Virus record (IMG/VR): IMGVR_UViG_3300017777_003146 | Location: 1-32,645 of that record | Strand: one strand, 5' to 3' | DNA from: a virus | Lineage: Duplodnaviria; Caudoviricetes | DNA: 32,645 bases | Shown: piece after piece, positions 1 through 8,063 of the stretch | Position numbering within the stretch: position 1 is the first letter of the stretch | How the letters are laid out: each line of letters starts with the position of its first letter | The notes under the pieces: model-generated | What the model was told of the DNA's origin: nothing | The model's input: the letters and a program-made list of their open reading frames with translations, nothing else | Database searches by the model: none | Program-made: the position numbers and the translations under genes

Positions 1-318
1 AATGGTCAGTGGATGGAATTCGATATGGCATTTATCAATAAAATACTACCTCAAAGAGCCGGTATAAAGCGAGATTTCTCAGAACTTAGAATAGTATGGG
101 ATGAAGCTCATGCAGGCAATATGGGGTGGAATAAGCACGGAAACTTCACACACTTCGATGCATGGCAGGAAGAACATTATACTAAAGGATTCCGTACTAG
201 ATTTAATGGAGATCCGATACGCCGTGATGATGGTAAATTAGATACAGAGATAAATGATGTTCCATACGAAAAAGGATTATCTAAACCATTACAATCATTT
301 AAAGATAGAAATAACTAA
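1..318 (+). CDS. Hypothetical protein, 5'-truncated (frame is open from base 1)
   Basis: Frame reads AAT GGT CAG TGG ATG... from position 1 with no stop until TAA at 316-318; no recognisable motif. Confidence 0.7.
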   Translation, partial: NGQWMEFDMAFINKILPQRAGIKRDFSELRIVWDEAHAGNMGWNKHGNFTHFDAWQEEHYTKGFRTRFNGDPIRRDDGKLDTEINDVPYEKGLSKPLQSFKDRNN

Positions 319-337
319 TCGATAGTTTTTACTATCT

Positions 338-346
338 ATATTTATA
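338..346 (+). promoter_or_regulatory. Putative late promoter ATATTTATA, directly preceded by hairpin GATAGT-TTTT-ACTATC (321-336)
   Basis: Same motif recurs upstream of 12 genes; this copy ends 15 nt before the ATG at 362. Confidence 0.7.
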
Positions 347-361
347 TTAAAAGAAATAATT

Positions 362-1930
362 ATGTTTAAACTTACATCTTTATTATTAGAACAAACTTCT
401 AAATCTAGAATTTTATTTGTCGGAAACTACCAATTAGGTAATGCTGGTAGTTTTGCAAAACAATTGTTAAGAAATGGCGAAGTTTCTGGAGATATTGTAT
501 CTAAATATAAGGCAACGACTGAATATATACAAAAACGTGCTGGTACATTATTAAATAATAAAACATATGAATCTGTAATATTATTAGTTCATCCTAGTGA
601 TTTTGGTGTATCTGATGCTAAACGTAATACTCAGGATATTACTCCAGGTTATAATTACATAATAGATTTAGCTAATAGTAAAAATATTCCAGTTACGGTT
701 ATATTGATATCATCATTATATACTACTAGTGATGAAATAAAAGAAATGGACGGTTGGGCTAGTAATATAGATGGGTCAATTTTAAATTTCACTCGTAGAT
801 TTAAATCTCCTAAAAATTTCACAGACACATATAATTTATCAAAATCGTCAAATGATGTTATTAAATCTAGTTTAGCAAATACATTAAAATCATTGAATAT
901 TACATCAACAGATTCAAAAGCAGAACCTATAGATACTGCAGATTCAGATTCTGCAACTGCAGATGTTGACGATAATGCTATTGATATTGATTCACCACCT
1001 GGCGATAGACTAAAAGCATCTAGAAGAAAACGTCCTGGTAATGTTAGAGAATTTATTAATAATTTTAAAGACATCGCACAAGATCATCAAACTAAATATG
1101 GTATTCCTGCTAGTATTACATTAGCACAAGGCGCATTAGAAAGCGGATGGGGTAATTCGTACTTATCTAGTACCGGTAATAATTACTTTGGAATAAAATG
1201 TCATAGTTGGTCTGGTGGTAAAATATATGCCGATGACGATGCTAAAGGTGAATGTTTTAGAAAATATGACACGCCGGAAGAATCATTCGAAGACCATGCA
1301 GTATTTTTAAAACAAAATGGTAGATATAAATCATTATTCAAAACTAAAGATTATTTAGAATGGGCATATGGCTTACAAGCTGCGGGATATGCAACTTCAA
1401 AATCATATGCAACTTCTTTAATAAACTTAATTGAAACATATAATTTAAATGAGTGGGATGACCAACAATCTGATGATGCATCTGAACCAAAGGAAAGAAT
1501 TAAATTAACTAGTTTACTAGGAAGAAAATTAAATGTATATTCTCCATTTGGTATGCGTAAAAGCGGTATGCATAGCGGTATTGATTATTCACCAATGCCA
1601 ACCGGATCTAAAATATATATATTAATGCCAGGTACGGTTAGAGTAGCTGGTAATGTTGATCCAAATGGGTGGGGTAATACAATTATGGTCGATCATGAAG
1701 ATGGTAGTACTACATTATATGCGCATTTAAGTAGCGTCGATGTATCAAAAGGTGATCAGGTAGAAGCTAATATGTTTATTGGTAAAACAGGTGGTAAAAT
1801 TGGAACTCCAGGTAGGGGTAATTCAGAAGGGGAACATTTGCATTGGGAATATCACCCAGGTGGTTATGTTGGTAAACAAAGTGCTGCGGATGGAGAATCT
1901 GCAGCTAATAAATATTTTAAAATAGTATAA
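362..1930 (+). CDS. Multidomain peptidoglycan hydrolase: degenerate SGNH-like domain + GH73 glucosaminidase + M23 peptidase
   Basis: GH73 motifs YGIPASITLAQGALESGWG, NNYFGIKC, ECFRKY, GYATSKSYA; M23 motifs HSGIDY, YAHLS, HLHWEY; N-terminal RILFVGN resembles SGNH block I without the catalytic Ser; acidic D/S/A linker. Confidence 0.9.
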   Translation: MFKLTSLLLEQTSKSRILFVGNYQLGNAGSFAKQLLRNGEVSGDIVSKYKATTEYIQKRAGTLLNNKTYESVILLVHPSDFGVSDAKRNTQDITPGYNYIIDLANSKNIPVTVILISSLYTTSDEIKEMDGWASNIDGSILNFTRRFKSPKNFTDTYNLSKSSNDVIKSSLANTLKSLNITSTDSKAEPIDTADSDSATADVDDNAIDIDSPPGDRLKASRRKRPGNVREFINNFKDIAQDHQTKYGIPASITLAQGALESGWGNSYLSSTGNNYFGIKCHSWSGGKIYADDDAKGECFRKYDTPEESFEDHAVFLKQNGRYKSLFKTKDYLEWAYGLQAAGYATSKSYATSLINLIETYNLNEWDDQQSDDASEPKERIKLTSLLGRKLNVYSPFGMRKSGMHSGIDYSPMPTGSKIYILMPGTVRVAGNVDPNGWGNTIMVDHEDGSTTLYAHLSSVDVSKGDQVEANMFIGKTGGKIGTPGRGNSEGEHLHWEYHPGGYVGKQSAADGESAANKYFKIV

Positions 1931-1951
1931 AAAGGAAAATTTAGGATAATT

Positions 1952-2083
1952 ATGAAATCGAAAAAACTAGAAAATAGTCAGTATTTTCAAAAAATTCTAG
2001 CAGAAGAAACTGAAAAAGCGGTTAATTTGTATAAAAAGTATGTTGAAAGACAAAAAAAACAAAAAAATCAAGTTAAAAAATAA
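1952..2083 (+). CDS. Small basic protein (43 aa, MKSKKLENSQYFQKILAEETEKAVNLYKKYVERQKKQKNQVKK), not in the ORF track
   Basis: Manual translation; fills the intergenic gap; AAAGGA/TTAGGA upstream and a TTATG start context. Confidence 0.65.
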   Translation: MKSKKLENSQYFQKILAEETEKAVNLYKKYVERQKKQKNQVKK

Positions 2084-2094
2084 ATTTATTTATA

Positions 2095-2292
2095 ATGTTA
2101 AAATTTAACAGAATAATTCGTGTAGAAACTATACAAGAGTCTGGGTTAATCCGCGCGGAATACTTAAATTTAGAACATATAACGCGGTTATACGTTGAAG
2201 ATGATAACGTTATAATAGAATTACTAGGTAATGTTAAACTTAAACTAACTGTTAGTAATCTAGATTCAGTGTTTGAGAGATTTTTTACATGA
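2095..2292 (+). CDS. Hypothetical protein (65 aa)
   Basis: Tightly packed ORF with a YLNLEHI..L beta-rich pattern; function unknown. Confidence 0.7.
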   Translation: MLKFNRIIRVETIQESGLIRAEYLNLEHITRLYVEDDNVIIELLGNVKLKLTVSNLDSVFERFFT

Positions 2293-2307
2293 AAATATTA
2301 AAATGTC

Positions 2308-2316
2308 ATATTTATA
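2308..2316 (+). promoter_or_regulatory. Putative late promoter ATATTTATA
   Basis: Recurrent motif, 19 nt upstream of ATG 2336. Confidence 0.65.
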
Positions 2317-2335
2317 TTAAATAAAAAAGGTTTAT

Positions 2336-2524
2336 ATGACATCAAATGAAATTTATGAAGAAATGGTTTCTCATTGGACGCAGTTCGTTGAGAATCACGA
2401 AAGGTTTACTGACAAACAAGTTAAAGCAGCTGGCGTAAGAGCTAGAAAATCTATTAATGAACTTAAGAAGTTAATTGGTAAATACAGATCGACACAGGTA
2501 GCTGAATCAAAAGTCGAAAAATAA
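2336..2524 (+). CDS. Histone H1-like (Hc1 family) nucleoid-binding protein
   Basis: KQVKAAGVRARKSINELKKLIGKYR matches the Hc1 core K-x-x-KAAG-x-RARK-x-x-x-EL-x-KL-x-x-x-[FY]R of small Bacteroidota/Chlamydia Hc1-like proteins. Confidence 0.8.
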   Translation: MTSNEIYEEMVSHWTQFVENHERFTDKQVKAAGVRARKSINELKKLIGKYRSTQVAESKVEK

Positions 2525-2538
2525 CACGAAAATAAGCC

Positions 2539-3015
2539 ATGTCTAATTTAGATAATATTTTAAAAAATAGAATAAATATATTAATGGAGCAAGCAGGTTC
2601 TCGAGAACTAAATAACGCTCCATCGCAATCCGGCAATTTACCATTTACTCCTGCAGAAAAGAAGTTTTTAGGTAAATTTGATGCATATGGAACAAAGCAT
2701 CTAGGTGTAATATATTCTATTAGTGACATAGGCATTCGTGAATTTATTACAAGAAGTGGAATTTTTTTAAATCTTACGACCGGAATACTATTAAAACTAT
2801 TACGAAAAAAAATAATACGAATAGTTCATTATACAGGATATGGTCGTAATGATGATTATACTATAGAATTAAAATTAAGTTTAGATTCTATTAAAGGTTG
2901 GGGTGCCGAAGAACAAGAAGCAGCAGAGAAAAAACAGCCAGCAGCTGGCGGCGGATCAACTGAACCGGTAGCACCGGATAGTTCCGGCACCTCAGTTCCA
3001 CCTCCAATACCATAA
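2539..3015 (+). CDS. Hypothetical protein with a Pro/Ala/Ser-rich C-terminal tail
   Basis: 158-aa ORF in operon context; N-terminal segment ends ...ILMEQ, possibly a leader variant. Confidence 0.75.
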   Translation: MSNLDNILKNRINILMEQAGSRELNNAPSQSGNLPFTPAEKKFLGKFDAYGTKHLGVIYSISDIGIREFITRSGIFLNLTTGILLKLLRKKIIRIVHYTGYGRNDDYTIELKLSLDSIKGWGAEEQEAAEKKQPAAGGGSTEPVAPDSSGTSVPPPIP

Positions 3016-3023
3016 ATATAAAT

Positions 3024-3052
3024 TTGGATTTATTAAATTATTTTCATATAAT
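3024..3052 (+). promoter_or_regulatory. Sigma70-like (early/middle) promoter TTGGAT-N17-TATAAT
   Basis: TTGGATT-N11-TTTCATATAAT; the same bipartite motif occurs at 5264, 6729 and 27870. Confidence 0.7.
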
Positions 3053-3092
3053 TATTAAAAAAACCAAATTAATTATTTTAAATTAAAAAGTT

Positions 3093-3299
3093 ATGTATTA
3101 CGCAGCAAAGGTACAATTATCAACTGAGGTTGATACACCAAAAGGTGTAAAAATTAAGAAAACAACAGAAGCTTATCTAGTCGAGGCACTATCAGTCACT
3201 GAGGCAGAAGCAAAAGTTATCAATGATTTTCATGGTTATACGTTCGATTTTGAGGTAAAATCGGTAACTGCGAGTAAAATTATTAAACTTATTGACTAA
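3093..3299 (+). CDS. DUF4494-like protein
   Basis: KKTTEAYLVEALSVTEAEAKV...FEVKSV matches the Bacteroidota DUF4494 pattern KKVTEQYLVDALSFTEAEARI. Confidence 0.8.
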   Translation: MYYAAKVQLSTEVDTPKGVKIKKTTEAYLVEALSVTEAEAKVINDFHGYTFDFEVKSVTASKIIKLID

Positions 3300-3574
3300 T
3301 GGCTTGGACCGCAGGAGATACGGTTATTGTAACCCAAGAGGGTGTTAATCGCGTAGGTGTTATTCTAGATAAATTTCTAGTTAATAAACAAACAATGTAT
3401 GATATTTTATTAGAAAGTCGATCAGCTATAACCATGGTTAATTCGTCCCCTAATAATAAAACATATATTAACAAGTCTCTTACTAAATTGTTATGTGATT
3501 CTGATGTAATTGAAACAACAATTCCATATGCTGAATTAGTTGCTAATGATGATTTACCAATTGTTAGAGCATAA
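3299..3574 (+). CDS. Hypothetical protein (possible SH3/KOW-like beta barrel)
   Basis: TAATG coupling with the upstream gene; W-x-x-GD-x-V-x-V...GVI...YDILLE pattern. Confidence 0.7.
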   Translation: MAWTAGDTVIVTQEGVNRVGVILDKFLVNKQTMYDILLESRSAITMVNSSPNNKTYINKSLTKLLCDSDVIETTIPYAELVANDDLPIVRA

Positions 3575-3596
3575 ATAGTTATTAAAAATTAAAAAA

Positions 3597-3989
3597 ATGA
3601 GAAACAGTATTAATCAACCATGGGCGATTTCCGAAAAATATTCAAATCGTTATGGTGAACTTTGGACTAATTTGGATTTTCAAATTAATGAGCAAATTAC
3701 AACCAAACAATTTAAATCAGACCCAATGAATACGGAAGTTGGGTTACTTCATATTGATAATAGAGCATTAGATATGAAATTTAAAGATATTTTAGGCTAT
3801 GCTAAATCTATAGAAGAAATGTTTAATACAATTCGTGAATTAGGAAGTTATGCACCAGCATTAAACGAATTTGCTATTAAAGGTAGAGTATTTCAATTGA
3901 AAAAACATGAAGTTAGCAAATTAGCAACTACTTTAAACGATGCCATTCAGGTAGTATCCCGTAAATACGAATTAGGATTATATTTATAA
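3597..3989 (+). CDS. Hypothetical protein
   Basis: 130-aa ORF with an A-rich start context; no recognised motif. Confidence 0.75.
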   Translation: MRNSINQPWAISEKYSNRYGELWTNLDFQINEQITTKQFKSDPMNTEVGLLHIDNRALDMKFKDILGYAKSIEEMFNTIRELGSYAPALNEFAIKGRVFQLKKHEVSKLATTLNDAIQVVSRKYELGLYL

Positions 3990-4005
3990 TAAAAATTAAA
4001 CCTAT

Positions 4006-4167
4006 ATGAATACCTATATATACTATAATAAATTAGACACAAAACAGGAACCTATAGGTCGTGTAACTGCAACGAGTTTGCAAACCGCACGGGAACAGAT
4101 TGCATATATAAAAAGATTATCAATTGATGATATTGATGACTTATATGCAATACAACAACTAAACTGA
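4006..4167 (+). CDS. Small hypothetical protein (53 aa, MNTYIYYNKLDTKQEPIGRVTA...), not in the ORF track
   Basis: Manual translation; fills the gap between 3989 and 4169; preceded by ATATTTATA at 3980-3988. Confidence 0.7.
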   Translation: MNTYIYYNKLDTKQEPIGRVTATSLQTAREQIAYIKRLSIDDIDDLYAIQQLN

Positions 4168-4168
4168 T

Positions 4169-4612
4169 ATGGATTCATTGTATGACAAAGTCCGAATTAA
4201 TTATTCAGAATATGAATATTTTAAAGGATTGAATGAGTCAGGCAAAGTTAATTTTTTAATGCAGTTATTTGACCAAGCATTGGTTGCATCAAAAGGAATT
4301 GACTTATCTGCATTCTTTCAAGGTTTAATTGATTCTGAGCCTGATGAAGAAAAACATATTGAGACCATATATGAGTCTCCAAAATATGAAAATGATCCTA
4401 ATCGGGTTGATGTTTTAATTGATGAAAATAACATCATGATTGAATCTAATAGTTTACGAGCAATCAAACATGTTGCTTATAAATTTATAGAATCTGGATA
4501 TATACTACAGCGAGACTTAGAAACCGAAAAAATGTTTAAACGGGATAAGATTACTAAGTATATACGTATATTTTTAGTTATAGATCAAATTAGTAATATT
4601 TGCACAAACTAA
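4169..4612 (+). CDS. Hypothetical protein
   Basis: 147-aa ORF starting 1 nt after the previous stop. Confidence 0.75.
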   Translation: MDSLYDKVRINYSEYEYFKGLNESGKVNFLMQLFDQALVASKGIDLSAFFQGLIDSEPDEEKHIETIYESPKYENDPNRVDVLIDENNIMIESNSLRAIKHVAYKFIESGYILQRDLETEKMFKRDKITKYIRIFLVIDQISNICTN

Positions 4613-5256
4613 TGTCTGAAGATAAAATACCTGCTAATATAATTAGCAAATTTGAAAAACAACTATTTAAGCCGGGTGATGCAGTTTGCTTCACCTGGTT
4701 CAATGTAAAACGATACGGTTATGTCACGAGATATAAACAAGTTAATTGGGGTATTCAATATACCGTTAAATTGGATAAAATGTCATATCCTTGCGGTATG
4801 CAAATTGATGAATGGAAAACTAAATACCGCACAGGACTTATCCAATACACAGAAACAAAACAACTTGGATCCGAACAGATTGCAGAACTTGCAACAAGCA
4901 CAAGACCAATGTACGAAACAGTCACTTTCGTCCCAACCACAAACACCGAACTCGAATCAACACAAAGCGAAACTAGCGTTGATTCAAAAAATGTTAAACT
5001 CTCGCGAAATGCAAAAAGAAAAAGCAAACAAGATGTTGGAGTACTCGGAGACCATGATACCATTGATAACTCAGAAATATCAAAACGTACCAAAAGAAGA
5101 AACGTCGACGAGAATGCTAATGAATCTAGCATTGATGGAATGTCTGCAAATGTCGAGCAAAGCAGAACGAGACCTAAAAAAGTTATAAGTGATACCTTAG
5201 AACAAGCAATTCAAAAACAACGAGACTTTTTATCAGGATTTACAAAAAAAGATTAA
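4612..5256 (+). CDS. Hypothetical protein: N-terminal SH3/KOW-like domain + disordered charged tail
   Basis: ATG at 4612 overlaps the previous TAA (TAATG) and is preferred over TTG 4600; FKPGDAVCF...GYV...YTVKL pattern. Confidence 0.7.
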   Translation: MSEDKIPANIISKFEKQLFKPGDAVCFTWFNVKRYGYVTRYKQVNWGIQYTVKLDKMSYPCGMQIDEWKTKYRTGLIQYTETKQLGSEQIAELATSTRPMYETVTFVPTTNTELESTQSETSVDSKNVKLSRNAKRKSKQDVGVLGDHDTIDNSEISKRTKRRNVDENANESSIDGMSANVEQSRTRPKKVISDTLEQAIQKQRDFLSGFTKKD

Positions 5257-5263
5257 GATTTGG

Positions 5264-5296
5264 TTGGATTTAGATGAATTATTTCTTATATTTATA
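5264..5296 (+). promoter_or_regulatory. Overlapping sigma70-like promoter (TTGGAT-N17-TATATT) and ATATTTATA motif (5288-5296)
   Basis: Both recurrent motifs are present; the TTG used as a start in the ORF track is this -35-like element. Confidence 0.65.
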
Positions 5297-5335
5297 GTAT
5301 ATAAGATAAGAGATAATAATTTAAATTTAAGAGTT

Positions 5336-5878
5336 ATGAAAAAGTTAGTTTTAAGCATCGGTTTAGTAGTTGCATCTTCTTTAATTGGATTTTCGCAAAA
5401 TAGTAATAAATTAATTAATAATATTTTATCTGGTAACTATGAAACGGTTATATCTGAAACTAGATCATCAGATTTTACTAGTGTCGTATTATATATAGAT
5501 AATAGATCTGTCATATATGACAAATTTACACCCGGTTTGTTTTTACATCAACGACCGCTTAAAAATGCGCCTATAAGTTTAAATGAATCAGATTTAGTAA
5601 ATGAATTAACAAAAATAAAAAACTTTATTGGTTTAAATAGTTTAAATGATTTAAACAAATCTACATCAATTGATACATTAATGTGGATTCATAATCATGA
5701 TGATTTTAAAATTGTACAAGGTGTCGGCGATATTACCATGCACATGTGCACAAAAATGTATTATTTCAATAAAACAGAAAATGATAAAACAACTAGTTGT
5801 CAAATAGTAGTTTCATATACTGATAATAAATTAACTTATATTGGGTTAGCATTTCACAATAGCGGAATTTATAGATAA
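5336..5878 (+). CDS. Secreted/periplasmic protein with a Sec signal peptide
   Basis: Start re-called to ATG 5336: MKKLVLSIGLVVASSLIGFS|Q is a basic + hydrophobic signal peptide followed by Gln, typical of Bacteroidota SPase I substrates. Confidence 0.75.
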   Translation: MKKLVLSIGLVVASSLIGFSQNSNKLINNILSGNYETVISETRSSDFTSVVLYIDNRSVIYDKFTPGLFLHQRPLKNAPISLNESDLVNELTKIKNFIGLNSLNDLNKSTSIDTLMWIHNHDDFKIVQGVGDITMHMCTKMYYFNKTENDKTTSCQIVVSYTDNKLTYIGLAFHNSGIYR

Positions 5879-5882
5879 CAAG

Positions 5883-5912
5883 AAAGAAGGGGTCGTTGAC
5901 CCCTTTTTTTTT
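5883..5912. terminator. Intrinsic terminator, probably bidirectional, between convergent genes
   Basis: AAGGGGTC-GTT-GACCCCTT stem (5887-5905) with a T9 run on +; the AGAAAGAA flank gives a U-rich tail on -. Confidence 0.9.
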
Positions 5913-5915
5913 ATC

Positions 5916-6665
5916 TTAAACTTTAGATGATTGATTTTGTTTATTTAATTTATCTTGTTGTAGTTTTTCTCGATATGCAGGATCTGCATTGATTTTTGCA
6001 GCATTTAATGGCAATCCTAATATAATTCGACAAGCATTATATATCATATTTACAGAACGGCCGTCTATATATCCACCAGATTTGTGATCTAATGCTAAAA
6101 ACTCCATATAATCCAGGTTTGCAATATTAAAACATACTCTGAGTATTTTGCTAGTATTATCTGCTATCATTTGTGCAGCAGGTGAAAAATCTTTTTGAAG
6201 TTGATTTCTAGCATACATCAAAGCTCTAACTGTTTCTTCAACAGTATTTTGAGTTGGTGAATCACCAAATAATGTCTTAGCTATATAATATACGGCATCA
6301 ATTGATGTCCTATTGCCCGAATCATAGTTTTTATTATTTAATATGAAACCTTCATGGGTTATTGCAATTTTATCCGGCCGTTTACCAGTTGCCTGTACTG
6401 GACTGTTAAATGTTAACCATCCAGACATCGTATCAGGTGGGGTTGTTGCTGGTGTAAAATTTGCCCACATTGTACGTACGGTACCGGAACTTTTATTCGA
6501 AGTATTATTAATGATGAATTTTATATCTGTTCCTGGTACAGTAAATGCAGATGGATCGTCTTCTATATTTTCTTGCTCATGTATTTGTTCTAAGTTTTTA
6601 ACATTATTAGATGTTAAGTTTTTAGCACCAAACCGAAGCATATTCTCTGCTAAATTAATTTTCAT
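5916..6665 (-). CDS. Hypothetical protein, possible virion-internal protein; the only supported minus-strand gene
   Basis: 249 aa; AAAGGA upstream on the minus strand; own ATATTTAT copy (6695-6702, minus); ends at the shared terminator. Confidence 0.8.
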   Translation of the reverse strand: MKINLAENMLRFGAKNLTSNNVKNLEQIHEQENIEDDPSAFTVPGTDIKFIINNTSNKSSGTVRTMWANFTPATTPPDTMSGWLTFNSPVQATGKRPDKIAITHEGFILNNKNYDSGNRTSIDAVYYIAKTLFGDSPTQNTVEETVRALMYARNQLQKDFSPAAQMIADNTSKILRVCFNIANLDYMEFLALDHKSGGYIDGRSVNMIYNACRIILGLPLNAAKINADPAYREKLQQDKLNKQNQSSKV

Positions 6666-6694
6666 GTATTTGTTTCCTTTGTGGTTTCTTTGTA

Positions 6695-6702
6695 ATAAAT
6701 AT
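6695..6702 (-). promoter_or_regulatory. Putative late promoter ATATTTAT on the minus strand
   Basis: + strand ATAAATAT, 29 nt upstream of the minus-strand ATG at 6665; orientation follows the gene. Confidence 0.65.
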
Positions 6703-6728
6703 CAACAAAATAAAAAACATCATTCATT

Positions 6729-6756
6729 TTGAATTGTGAAATTAATTTCTTATATT
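6729..6756 (+). promoter_or_regulatory. Sigma70-like promoter TTGAAT-N16-TATATT for uvsE
   Basis: TTGAATT-N10-TTTCTTATATT, a copy of the bipartite motif. Confidence 0.65.
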
Positions 6757-6773
6757 AGTAAAAAATAAAAGTT

Positions 6774-7802
6774 ATGATAAGATATGGTTATGCGTGTATT
6801 AATATGCACCTTTCAGAAAACAACATCCGCACAGGTCGCACCATGATTGACCGCAAGTTCAAATTAGGTGGTTTGCAATTAGCATCTGATATTTCGTTAG
6901 CTAATGCTAAGGATCTTATAACTATATTCAAATGGAACGAGCAGAATGGCATTCGTTTATTTCGTTTAGGTAGTGAATTGTTTCCTCGCTGGAATCATTA
7001 TCGTTTAGAAGATTTGCCAGGTATAGATGAAATTACTCGCCATCTCCGTGCTGCTGGTGACTTTGCTCGAGCGCATGGTCATCGCATCACTACGCATCCT
7101 GGCCCATTCAATATCTTAGGTAGTCCTGATGCTAGAGTCGTTGATAATGCTATTATTAGTTTAGAACGACACGCTGAATTGTTTGACCTCATGGGTTATG
7201 CTCCTAGTTATGAAAACAAGATCAATATTCATATTGGTGCTACTTACAATGATAAGCCAGGCACGATTGCTCGTTGGCTTCATAACTATGATCGTTTATC
7301 TGATTCTCTAAAGGCTCGGTTAGTTATAGAAAATGACGACAAGGCTTCTATGTATTCGGTACGAGATTTATACACGATGGTACATAGCGAGATTGGTATT
7401 CCGATTACATTTGACTATTGGCACCACACTTTCAATACTGGTGATATATCTGAACAAGAAGCTTTCTTCATGGCCCGCGAGACTTGGCAACGTCACGGTG
7501 TTACTCAATGTACTCATTACAGCGAATCTCGTCGCCATGAAAGTCAACGTCTTATCGAAAACATATGTGCTAAACATAATATAGCAATCGAAGATTTACC
7601 AAAGTGGCCAACCTTTAACAAAATGTATACTGAATTTAGCAAGATCAAGGCACCAGCTCATGCCGATTATATTTTGCAATTACCTAACACATATGGTGTT
7701 GCAGATTTAGATATCGTGGTTGAGGCTAAGGCAAAAGAGCAGTCTTTAATAAAGATAGGAGTAGAGTGTTGTCAGGTAGGAAACCGTCAATTAATTCTAT
7801 AA
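6774..7802 (+). CDS. uvsE: UV-damage endonuclease (UvsE/UVDE)
   Basis: Motifs RYGYACIN, GIRLFRLGSELFP, RITTHPGPFNILGSP, INIHIG, RLVIENDDK, IPITFDYWHH, HYSES, AHADY, DIVVEAKAKE. Confidence 0.95.
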   Translation: MIRYGYACINMHLSENNIRTGRTMIDRKFKLGGLQLASDISLANAKDLITIFKWNEQNGIRLFRLGSELFPRWNHYRLEDLPGIDEITRHLRAAGDFARAHGHRITTHPGPFNILGSPDARVVDNAIISLERHAELFDLMGYAPSYENKINIHIGATYNDKPGTIARWLHNYDRLSDSLKARLVIENDDKASMYSVRDLYTMVHSEIGIPITFDYWHHTFNTGDISEQEAFFMARETWQRHGVTQCTHYSESRRHESQRLIENICAKHNIAIEDLPKWPTFNKMYTEFSKIKAPAHADYILQLPNTYGVADLDIVVEAKAKEQSLIKIGVECCQVGNRQLIL

Positions 7803-7873
7803 TATAATAATAAATAGTATATATTAATATTTATATATATAAATTAATAATAAATATAATAATAAATAAAAAA
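7801..7873. repeat. Nearly pure A/T tract with a 16-nt direct repeat AATATAATAATAAATA (7801-7816, 7853-7868) around ATATTTATA (7827-7835)
   Basis: Read directly from the sequence; only one G in about 73 nt. Confidence 0.6.
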
Positions 7874-7882
7874 CAAACCGTT

Positions 7883-8062
7883 ATGGCAAATTACCGTTAC
7901 AAAGCAAAAATTACTGATGATGTAATTGACGCAACTGATATCTTAAAAAGTTTACACCGATCGGTGCATGAAAACAAAATTGATAAACCGTCTGCATTGC
8001 ACAACATCGAAACTGCAATTAAAAAGTTAGAATCTGCAAAATATTATATCGACCGCGAATAA
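7883..8062 (+). CDS. Small helical hypothetical protein (59 aa, MANYRYKAKITDDVIDA...YYIDRE), not in the ORF track
   Basis: Manual translation; TTATG start context; abuts the next ORF. Confidence 0.75.
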   Translation: MANYRYKAKITDDVIDATDILKSLHRSVHENKIDKPSALHNIETAIKKLESAKYYIDRE

Positions 8063-8063
8063 T

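Noticed and set aside
4600-4611. TTG start at 4600
   Set aside because: ATG 4612 overlaps the upstream stop (TAATG), the usual coupling pattern here.
5264-5335. TTG start giving a 204-aa protein
   Set aside because: The TTG is part of the recurrent promoter motif; ATG 5336 yields a clean signal peptide.
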